NCBI GenBank assembly: GCA_037129835.1
Contig: JBAXUE010000002.1
Coordinates: 66,334-130,333, forward strand
Direction of reading: 5' to 3'
DNA from: a bacterium
Lineage (GTDB): Bacteria; Patescibacteriota; CPR2; UBA1875; CAIMLA01
DNA length: 64,000 bases
In this document: positions 56,950 to 64,000 of the stretch, piece by piece
How the letters are laid out: the number at the start of each line of letters is the position of its first letter
Numbering within the stretch: the stretch's first letter is position 1
Notes under the pieces: generated by a model
Databases searched by the model: none
What the model was told of the DNA's origin: nothing
Seen by the model: only the letters and a program-made list of their open reading frames with translations
Program-made: the position numbers and the translations under genes

Positions 56950-58095
56950 TTAATTGATTCTATATACCATACCACCAATATGCTTAATTTTGCCAGATAT
57001 TTCCATAATGGTTATAGCAGAGCTTATTTCACTTTGGGAGAGCCCGGCTTTTTTTGAAATCTCGTCAATGTGTTTTGGTTCTAGTCTTAGCACTTCGATA
57101 ATTGTTTTTTCTGTTTTATTGCTACCAACTGCTTGGCGCATCTCGGAAACTACTTCAGGGCAAGAAAACCCAAATTCATCATAGACGTCTTGAACACTGG
57201 TAAGGACATGAGCTCCAGATTTGATCAGGTTGTTTGTTCCAATACTGGCTAAACTAAATATATTTCCAGGAACGGCAAAAACTTCTCTGTTCTGGTTCAG
57301 TGCCGAAAGCGCAGTGATGAGGCTTCCAGAGCTCTCTGCTGCTTCGGTAACGATGAGACCCTGAGATATACCGCTAATGATTCGGTTTCTGGCTGGGAAG
57401 TTTTGTTTTAATGGAGGAGTGTCGAATGGATATTCAGAGATTATTGCTCCGTTACCGATGATTTCGCGAGATAATCTAAAGTTGCTGCTCGGATAGATCT
57501 GATTCAGGCCGCAGCCGATAACCGCAATAGTCTGCCCACCGCCAGATAGGGCTCCTTTGTGAGCGGCAGTATCGATGCCAATTGCTAGCCCACTAACGAC
57601 TGTCACACCTCCCATGGCAAGTTCGCTGGTAATCTTTTCTGTGACGCGGAGGCCATAGTCAGAGGGTCTTCTACTGCCTACTACGCCGATACATAACTGA
57701 TTTAGCTTGGCTGTGCCCTTTTTGTATAGAATAAATGGAGGATCGTAAATCTGTTTCAACAGTTCGGGGTAGTCATTTTCAAAAATAAAGACAGGCTCTA
57801 TATTATTTTGTTTAAGTTCGTGGAGAACGTTTTCTGGTTTGTAGTTCTCTTTTGAGAATATGAATTCTTTGAGACATCGCTTGCTTAGTTTGAGAGCTCT
57901 TAGCTTGCTATCGGGTAGCTCGAACAAATTATTTATGGGAGCGTCTAAGGCGAAAACCTCAAGAAACAGAGAGGCAGTGAATCGAGCATTTCTACCTAGT
58001 GTAAGCCAATATATGTAGTCTTCAATATTCTTTTCCACAACCCCTCCAAAAAACACTTGACAAAAGTAGCCAACAGTGCTAGAATAAATAGTCAA
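56950..58095 (-). CDS. dprA: DNA-processing protein DprA (Smf) with N-terminal extension
   Basis: GVVGSRRPSDYGL…VVSGLAIGIDTAAHKGAL Rossmann core, and a C-terminal wHTH. Confidence 0.85.
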   Translation of the reverse strand: MTIYSSTVGYFCQVFFGGVVEKNIEDYIYWLTLGRNARFTASLFLEVFALDAPINNLFELPDSKLRALKLSKRCLKEFIFSKENYKPENVLHELKQNNIEPVFIFENDYPELLKQIYDPPFILYKKGTAKLNQLCIGVVGSRRPSDYGLRVTEKITSELAMGGVTVVSGLAIGIDTAAHKGALSGGGQTIAVIGCGLNQIYPSSNFRLSREIIGNGAIISEYPFDTPPLKQNFPARNRIISGISQGLIVTEAAESSGSLITALSALNQNREVFAVPGNIFSLASIGTNNLIKSGAHVLTSVQDVYDEFGFSCPEVVSEMRQAVGSNKTEKTIIEVLRLEPKHIDEISKKAGLSQSEISSAITIMEISGKIKHIGGMVYRIN

Positions 58096-58297
58096 CCTAA
58101 ATCAGGATGACATTTGACAATAAGTTTCTCTAGGTAAACGCCAGTTATGGCGAGTGTCCTATCAATGAGTAAGGCCTTAAACACCCTCCTTTAAGCTTAC
58201 TTGTTGGTAGGGTTCTCCCCGTAACCGCCAGCCAATATTTTGGGCTAGGTAAAGTCTTCGGATCGAGTTACACTAACGGGAGAACTTTGAAACAAAA

Positions 58298-58335
58298 GTA
58301 AGGGAGTCGTATTTATACGGCTCCCTTACTTTATT
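58298..58335 (-). terminator. Intrinsic terminator GTAAGGGAGTCG…CGGCTCCCTTAC flanked by T-tracts on both strands
   Basis: 11/12-bp stem. The - strand has TTTTGTTTC after the stem, 46 nt downstream of the 322-aa gene's stop. Confidence 0.5.
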
Positions 58336-58375
58336 ATATTTAAGTGTTTATGACTAGTGGACAAGGAAAAATTAA

Positions 58376-59344
58376 CTATTCTTTAACTATTTTCACAACA
58401 TTAATTTTCGGGGTTACTTTTACCACTACAGGTTGCTTTATTTTTGGTAGGCTCACATCACTTCCCTCTCGCACTTCAGCTGTGGCAAAGATGTTATTAG
58501 ATTCTTTCGGTAATACTCTCTCTCGGATAAACGCCAGTCTTTCTGGGTCTAAAGAGTCAGGATCTACAATTGCTGCTACCATACTGTCACAAAAATCTTC
58601 AGCAGCAGAATGGATTGCATATTCGCTGATACACCTTGATGGATCTTTGGGTTTAAAATACAAAGTAAGGCCACCAGGTGTTGTTATGCCTTCTGGGACG
58701 TGTTCCCAGCCAAAATCTTTCTGCCATTTATCTAGTTGTTTAGAGGCCAAACTGTGAGAAAGCTCATGAATTAATGTCCCTTCAAAGTTTGATGTAGCCG
58801 ATATTCGGTGTTGTTTGTCTTCTAACGCAGGAGGATAAAGCTTAATTGCACCTTCGCCTGTTTCTGCGTAACCATTTAGTGGCTCATTAGTGTATTTATT
58901 AATCTCGTTTTTGTCATCAATTAGAATATATTTAACGGTATTAAGAGCTTCGCCACCTAAGATATTAGAGAATTTCTCTAATATGGATTTTAGCTGAAAT
59001 ATTCTCTTGTCTTCTATTTTTTGACTAAAACTGTATAATTCAAGGCTGTACTCACCTACTTTAATCGATACTTGTTGTTCTGGTATGCCTTTTTCTCTCC
59101 ACTTATCCTGTAACCACCAATTATTACTAATAATTTCTTCTTTTGCTTTTTCTTCAATATTTTCTTGAGAAACTGTAATATCTGCCACTCGATCACTACC
59201 ATCTTCTAGAAATTCAAATTTAATGTCGTTTATTTTTTCATACTCTCGATCTTTCGGTAATTGGAATTCAGAAGCCTTGATATTAGAAATAATTTTGTGA
59301 CTTTCTTTTTTCATTTCTTGAAAATCTACTAGTTGTTTTTCCAT
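58376..59344 (-). CDS. Hypothetical cytoplasmic protein with HExxH (HELSH) motif
   Basis: HELSH followed about 35 aa later by EYAIHSAAEDF. No signal peptide. Confidence 0.45.
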   Translation of the reverse strand: MEKQLVDFQEMKKESHKIISNIKASEFQLPKDREYEKINDIKFEFLEDGSDRVADITVSQENIEEKAKEEIISNNWWLQDKWREKGIPEQQVSIKVGEYSLELYSFSQKIEDKRIFQLKSILEKFSNILGGEALNTVKYILIDDKNEINKYTNEPLNGYAETGEGAIKLYPPALEDKQHRISATSNFEGTLIHELSHSLASKQLDKWQKDFGWEHVPEGITTPGGLTLYFKPKDPSRCISEYAIHSAAEDFCDSMVAAIVDPDSLDPERLAFIRERVLPKESNNIFATAEVREGSDVSLPKIKQPVVVKVTPKINVVKIVKE

Positions 59345-59383
59345 ATAAACCCTTAATCTTTTACTATTGCTGGATACTGTTAT

Positions 59384-59938
59384 TTAAATACTAATATGCT
59401 CTATGCCTTCTGCGAGGGCTTTTTCTATTTCTGACACTGTTTTTGTGACAACTTCTTGTGCAAGGGCCTCTTCATCTTTAGTAAATTTCTGTAACACAAA
59501 AGCTTCTGTGGGTATATTATCACATTCTTTTGTTTTGATTCCCATTCGAAACCTGGCAAATTCATCAGTGCCGATACACTCTATGATAGATTTAACACCT
59601 TTGTGTCCCGCAGAGCTACCACCTTGTCTGACTCTGACTACACCAAGCTCGAGATCGATATCGTCATAAGCGACCCAGAGATGTTCAGTATTAATATTAA
59701 AATAACTCATTACAGATTGTATAGCTTCTCCAGATAGGTTCATAAAAGTCTGAGGTTTAAGAAGTTTGATCTTTTCGCCACTTACTATTATTTCGCAGAT
59801 CTCAGCCTTGAACTTTTTCTCAAGCTTAAAATCACCGTCATATTTATCTGCTAGGTTATCAACCGTAGCGAAGCCGAAATTATGGCGTGTGCCGATATAT
59901 TCTTTTCCCGGATTACCAAGTCCAACGATTAGTTTCAT
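59384..59938 (-). CDS. pth: Peptidyl-tRNA hydrolase
   Basis: MKLIVGLGNPGKEY…TRHNFGF signature. Confidence 0.95.
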   Translation of the reverse strand: MKLIVGLGNPGKEYIGTRHNFGFATVDNLADKYDGDFKLEKKFKAEICEIIVSGEKIKLLKPQTFMNLSGEAIQSVMSYFNINTEHLWVAYDDIDLELGVVRVRQGGSSAGHKGVKSIIECIGTDEFARFRMGIKTKECDNIPTEAFVLQKFTKDEEALAQEVVTKTVSEIEKALAEGIEHISI

Positions 59939-60036
59939 GGTTTATGTACTTTCCCCCGTCATGCTGAATTTATTTCAGTATCCCGAGATCCTGAATCGAG
60001 TTCAGGAAGACGCAAAGAGGTGTGCGACGAGTGTAG

Positions 60037-61437
60037 TTATTTTTTCTTTTTACTTTTCTTATTATACTCAGCATTTTTCTTTTTGAAAACCAGTCTTATG
60101 GCCGTACCTGAGAAATCCCAGTGGTCGCGAATTCGATTTTCGAGATATCTTTTGTAAGAAAAGTGAATATGTTCTGGGTGACTTGAGAAGAAAATAAATG
60201 TCGGTGGATTGATATCGGCTTGAGTGATGTAGTTGATTTTGGGTAATACATTCTTCTTTGCTGGTGGTGATTTTTTCAAGATGTCCGCACCTATAAGTAG
60301 GTTTAGCTCGGATGTTGGGATTCGGCGGGCACGTGCTTCTGTTACTTCGAAGACTACATCGGGGATTTTCTCGATATTTTTACTTGTTTTTGCTGAAACG
60401 AATACAACTGGAGCAAAAGGTAGGAATGAAATCTTGTTATGAAGATAGGCAAGATAGTTTTGCATGTCGGTTTCGTCTTTATCAATTGCGTCCCATTTGT
60501 TAACAACTATTACAACACCTTTTGCTTGATCGGCGGCGAATCCTGCGATGTGTAGGTCTTGTGATGTAAGTCCTTCTGTTGGATCTATAAGTATTAGCAC
60601 GATATCAGCGTCTTCAACGGCACGGAATGAACGAAGGACTGAGTATTTCTCTATTTTACCTTCTTCATATTTGGTTCCTAGATCTCCAACTTTACCTCTT
60701 CTTCGGATTCCAGCAGTATCGATAAAGTTTATTTTTCCTCTTTCGTCTTCGAAACTCGAAATAGTAAAGTCTCTGGTGGTGCCAGCAATATCAGAGATAA
60801 TTGCTAGCTTTTTGCCGATGAGAGCATTGAAAAGGCTTGATTTGCCGACGTTCGGACGACCCGCAATAGCGACGTTTATTCCTTCTTCGTTGTCTATGAC
60901 CACTTTTCTTTGTGGTTCGATATCTTTTAGATTTGTGACAATACCGTCCATAAGATCGCCCATATTGCGGCCTGTGAGCGCAGATATCGGTGTTATTTCA
61001 CTTGCGCCAAGGCGGTGAAGCTCTGATAAATTTGAAAGATATTTTTCACTATCATATTTGTTGGCAGCAACAATAAACGGTTTTTTTGCTTTTTGTACCA
61101 TTCTAATGGCATTGTCATCGTCTTTAGTCGGTCCGACAGAGGCATCAACGATAAATACTATTAGATCTGCTTCATCGAGTGCTACTAATACCTGTTCTTT
61201 GACATCTTCATCGAGAACTGTGTAAGCAGTTCCTTCTGATTCTATTCCTGCGGTATCAACTAATATAAATTCGGTACTATTCCAGGTTGTCCTTGCATAT
61301 AGACGGTCTCTAGTCGTTCCAGCCCAGTCGGCAGTAACTGCTTGTTGTTTTCCTAAGATACGATTAAAAAGAGTCGATTTTCCGACATTCGGTCTGCCCA
61401 CAATGGCAATAACTGGGATATTAGCATTTTCTGACAT
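60037..61437 (-). CDS. der: Ribosome-biogenesis GTPase Der (EngA), two G-domains + KH-like domain, Lys-rich C-terminal tail
   Basis: Two GRPNVGKSTLFN/GRPNVGKSSLFN P-loops, two DTAG motifs, and a tail …KKKNAEYNKKSKKKK. Confidence 0.9.
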   Translation of the reverse strand: MSENANIPVIAIVGRPNVGKSTLFNRILGKQQAVTADWAGTTRDRLYARTTWNSTEFILVDTAGIESEGTAYTVLDEDVKEQVLVALDEADLIVFIVDASVGPTKDDDNAIRMVQKAKKPFIVAANKYDSEKYLSNLSELHRLGASEITPISALTGRNMGDLMDGIVTNLKDIEPQRKVVIDNEEGINVAIAGRPNVGKSSLFNALIGKKLAIISDIAGTTRDFTISSFEDERGKINFIDTAGIRRRGKVGDLGTKYEEGKIEKYSVLRSFRAVEDADIVLILIDPTEGLTSQDLHIAGFAADQAKGVVIVVNKWDAIDKDETDMQNYLAYLHNKISFLPFAPVVFVSAKTSKNIEKIPDVVFEVTEARARRIPTSELNLLIGADILKKSPPAKKNVLPKINYITQADINPPTFIFFSSHPEHIHFSYKRYLENRIRDHWDFSGTAIRLVFKKKNAEYNKKSKKKK

Positions 61438-61468
61438 ATTTTCTCTTTGGTTTACTTAACGATGTATT

Positions 61469-62368
61469 TTACCACACAAAGTGGGTAAAAATCCATGAGT
61501 TTATGTTATAAGATTCAGAAAATCTACTCGCTGAGCCGATCACTGCCGTCAGAACCTCGTGGCCATCTTGCTTTTCTAGGGATATTAGGCACTCTCCTGC
61601 CCCAAAAGTATAACCGGTTTTGACACCGAAATATTTCTTTCCATCGAGCAAGATATTTGTATTCGTGAGATAGATCGGTCTTCCGGCCGTGGTGTAGACC
61701 ACCTTTTGTGTTGTCGCCACTGTTTCTGCGAAGAAATTATTTCTGAGTAATATTCGGCTTAGCTCTAACATGTCTTTGGCGCTAGAATAGTTGCCTGCAT
61801 CGTCCCAACCTACAGGATTGGCAAAATGAGTATTTGATAGGTTTAGGCTCTCTGCTGCTAGATTCATTTTTGTCACAAAACCATCAACGCTCCCAGCATC
61901 TAGAGTCGCTAGCGAGGTAGCGGCGTCAGAGCCAGAATTCAACAGCATTCCAGTAAGTAGATCGCGCTTAGATATTTCCTCGCCTTTACTTATGCCCATC
62001 AGGGCGTCGCCAGCTTGAGTGATGTAATCTGGGATTGTAACTTTCTCGTCTAGGTTTGGGCTGTCTTTTAGGACTACATATGCCGTCATTAGCTTCGTTA
62101 GGCTGGCAATCTGAAGCTTTTCGTCTTTGTTGCTCTCGTTTAGAGCTGTGTTGCTGCCAAGATCAATACTATAAACTGATTTCGCCAAATTTTGGTATTC
62201 TGCATCAACGCTAGATAAAGTAGGACCGCTTACAATCTCCGGCAATTTTGTAACTACAGTTTCTTTTTGAGGGGATGGCTTCAAAAAATTATCAAGATAA
62301 GCCCTTGGTCCGTCGAAAATATGCCAACCGGGTGTCAGTAATAGTAGTATTAAGGCTATTTCACGCAT
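61469..62368 (-). CDS. Serine-type D-Ala-D-Ala carboxypeptidase (PBP5/S11-like)
   Basis: Signal peptide. SxxK as ASLTKLM, an SGSD box, and KTG in YFGVKTGYT. Confidence 0.75.
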   Translation of the reverse strand: MREIALILLLLTPGWHIFDGPRAYLDNFLKPSPQKETVVTKLPEIVSGPTLSSVDAEYQNLAKSVYSIDLGSNTALNESNKDEKLQIASLTKLMTAYVVLKDSPNLDEKVTIPDYITQAGDALMGISKGEEISKRDLLTGMLLNSGSDAATSLATLDAGSVDGFVTKMNLAAESLNLSNTHFANPVGWDDAGNYSSAKDMLELSRILLRNNFFAETVATTQKVVYTTAGRPIYLTNTNILLDGKKYFGVKTGYTFGAGECLISLEKQDGHEVLTAVIGSASRFSESYNINSWIFTHFVW

Positions 62369-63059
62369 CTAGAAGGCTCCTGAGCTCTTTTTCTGTTAGA
62401 TTGCGATATTCACCCATCTTCAAATTACCTAGTTCTAGTGGGCCTACTTTGGCCCTGTGAAGCTTGGTAATGTTTTTACCAAAGTGCTCAATAGAACGCC
62501 GAATCAGTCTATTTCGGCCCTCGTGGACTCTAACCAGATATTTACCCTGAGAAAGCACTTCTAGGTGATCTGGTTTAAACTCGCCATCTTCTAGGGCAAT
62601 CCCCTTTTTCATCTTCGCTAATTCTACATCAGAGAGCGGTCTATCTACTGAAAAACTATATTCTTTGAGTTTTTGATGGCTCGGATGTGTAATCTTTTGG
62701 GTTAGGTCTCCGTCATTTGTCATAATAATCAGACCCGAGGTGTTTTTGTCTAGTCTACCAACAGGCCAAACGCTGGGACTTCCTGGGACGAGCTCGGTAA
62801 TAAGAAGATCGGCGTGTCTGTCTGAGACCGTAGAAGTATAGCCAACGGGCTTATTTAGCAGATAATACACCTTATTGCTTATCTGCACTTCTTTACCATC
62901 AAGTAATATCTTATCTACTTCAGACACAGAAAAAGCAGGATCGATAATGTTTGTACCGTTTACTGTAACTCTGCCAGACTGAATAATGTCTTCACTTTTT
63001 CTTCTCGAAGAAACCCCGGTAGATGCTAAATATTTAGCTAGCCTCATCGTTTTTCTCAA
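62361..63059 (-). CDS. rluB: 23S rRNA pseudouridine synthase, RsuA/RluB family (S4 + catalytic domain)
   Basis: S4 RNA-binding N-terminus and catalytic GRLDKNTSGLIIMTNDG. Confidence 0.85.
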   Translation of the reverse strand: MRKTMRLAKYLASTGVSSRRKSEDIIQSGRVTVNGTNIIDPAFSVSEVDKILLDGKEVQISNKVYYLLNKPVGYTSTVSDRHADLLITELVPGSPSVWPVGRLDKNTSGLIIMTNDGDLTQKITHPSHQKLKEYSFSVDRPLSDVELAKMKKGIALEDGEFKPDHLEVLSQGKYLVRVHEGRNRLIRRSIEHFGKNITKLHRAKVGPLELGNLKMGEYRNLTEKELRSLLDA

Positions 63060-63585
63060 AAAGATTTAATTCTTCCATCTTGGGTAGTGCATTTTCGTTT
63101 TCTAGACCACAATATTGGATAAATTCCATAGTAGTACCGTAAAGTATCGGTTTACCGACACTTTCTTTGCGGCCTATTTCGGCTATAAGCCCTCGAACCA
63201 TTAGATTTCGAACTATCTGGTCGGAGTTTACTCCTCGGATTTCTTCGATTTCGGCTTTTGTCAGGGGCTGTTTGTAGGTAATTATAGCTAGTGTCTCTAG
63301 AGCTGCTTGTGATAAATCGTGTCTGAGCTCTTCGTTGAGTAGTCTGCTTACTTCCTTTGAATTTTCAGGAGCCGAGATAAGGGCAAAATATTCACCTTTA
63401 TTTATGAGGCTTATTCCCCTATTTTTGTAATCAGCTTCAAGCTCTTTTAGCGATTTCTGTATCTCCGAAACTGGGATGCCGATCGCTTCGGCGATTTCTA
63501 GTAGAGAAAGTGGTTTTTCGGCAACAAAAAGTAAGCTTTCTACGATAGATTTGATATTAATATTTTTTGTTTCTATTCCGCTCAT
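63034..63585 (-). CDS. scpB: Segregation and condensation protein B
   Basis: Tandem wHTH; IVESLLFVAEKPLSLLEIAEAIG. Confidence 0.85.
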   Translation of the reverse strand: MSGIETKNINIKSIVESLLFVAEKPLSLLEIAEAIGIPVSEIQKSLKELEADYKNRGISLINKGEYFALISAPENSKEVSRLLNEELRHDLSQAALETLAIITYKQPLTKAEIEEIRGVNSDQIVRNLMVRGLIAEIGRKESVGKPILYGTTMEFIQYCGLENENALPKMEELNLFEKNDEAS

Positions 63586-63589
63586 AGCT

Positions 63590-64000
63590 TTATTTTAAAC
63601 CCATTATAAGGATATCCGCAAAGGATTCTTTTTGGATGACCCCTATTTCTTTCTGTTTTATCATTTCTAATATTGCCAAAAAGGTCACAATAACCTCGGT
63701 TTTATTCTTTGCACCAGCTAATATTTCTTTGAATCTAATAGTTTTTTTCTTTTTAGTTAGGGAATAAATAATCTTTTTTTTGTCTTCTATGGTAATTTTT
63801 TGCTCAGGTGAATCTGTAATAACTCTTTCCTCTATTTGCTCTGGTAATTTGTTTAGAGTTTCTTGGAAAATCGCGAAAAGCATTTGATGATTAATGTCCT
63901 GTGGAGGTAAAAAGATTATTTCTGACTCTGATTTTGCGCGTCTGGAATAGCCTCTTTGGCCGTCTATAAGGATAGATTCTAAATTTGCTGCCGCTTTTTT
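63590..64000 (-). CDS. scpA: Segregation and condensation protein A (kleisin), N-terminus beyond window edge
   Basis: C-terminal ScpA region (…IVTFLAILEMIKQKEIGVIQKESF…). The same frame stays open, with no stop, up to position 64000. Conserved scpA-scpB-rluB order. Confidence 0.7.
   Translation of the reverse strand, partial: KKAAANLESILIDGQRGYSRRAKSESEIIFLPPQDINHQMLFAIFQETLNKLPEQIEERVITDSPEQKITIEDKKKIIYSLTKKKKTIRFKEILAGAKNKTEVIVTFLAILEMIKQKEIGVIQKESFADILIMGLK

Noticed and set aside
1-64000. tRNA, tmRNA, RNase P, SRP RNA, rRNA, CRISPR arrays
   Set aside because: I scanned all intergenic gaps for T-loop-like GTTC(R)A(N)TCC motifs, tmRNA tag-like frames, RNase P GGAAAGUCCGG / AGGGUGAAA boxes, and direct-repeat arrays, and found none. 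The short tandem TATAAAC TATAAAC at about 22400 is too short to be a CRISPR.

Overview
AT-rich bacterial chromosomal window with a compact, small-genome gene style consistent with a Patescibacteria/CPR-like organism. Many proteins carry low-complexity tails, there are many HExxH mini-proteins, and no tRNA, rRNA or CRISPR was found. Genes 1-2845 (ftsW-murG-ftsQ) lie on the + strand and every credible gene from 3457 to the window end lies on the - strand. The two sets converge on a ~600-bp AT-rich gap that holds a dif-like XerC/D site and two large AT palindromes, so this is a probable replication terminus. Housekeeping genes are recognisable: rarA, an ABC-F factor, metK, topA, dprA, pth, der, a D-Ala-D-Ala carboxypeptidase, rluB, scpB, scpA (partial), an FtsEX-like ABC pair and a P-type cation ATPase. 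Between them sit accessory blocks. (i) At 26-35.5 kb a single-strand defense island: two DUF262-HNH (GmrSD-like) paralogs, an M.EcoRI-family adenine methyltransferase with no EcoRI-like nuclease but operonic with a 155-aa unknown and a Z1-domain NTPase, then a GC-rich structured spacer, DUF3800, a Cys-rich protein and a GIY-YIG fusion. The methyltransferase + 155-aa + Z1 module is the best candidate for an undescribed ATP-dependent R-M/defense system. (ii) A family of GC-rich palindromic MITE/REP-like repeats with a GTCATCC core, present at 7 or more loci; an inverted pair brackets the P-type ATPase together with a GC-rich, probably horizontally acquired STAS + unknown two-gene module driven by a near-consensus promoter. 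(iii) Two more GC-rich islands at 46.1-47.6 kb and 49.8-51.3 kb carrying small hypothetical genes, strong SD sites, consensus promoters and clear intrinsic terminators; they flank the ABC transporter pair. (iv) An operon of an HExxH protein, a DUF362 protein and a 1260-aa acidic domain-less giant protein. (v) An sigma-region-4/HARE-HTH regulator translationally coupled to a membrane-anchored VirB4/VirD4-superfamily ATPase. All functional calls rest on motif recognition by eye; no database searches were run.
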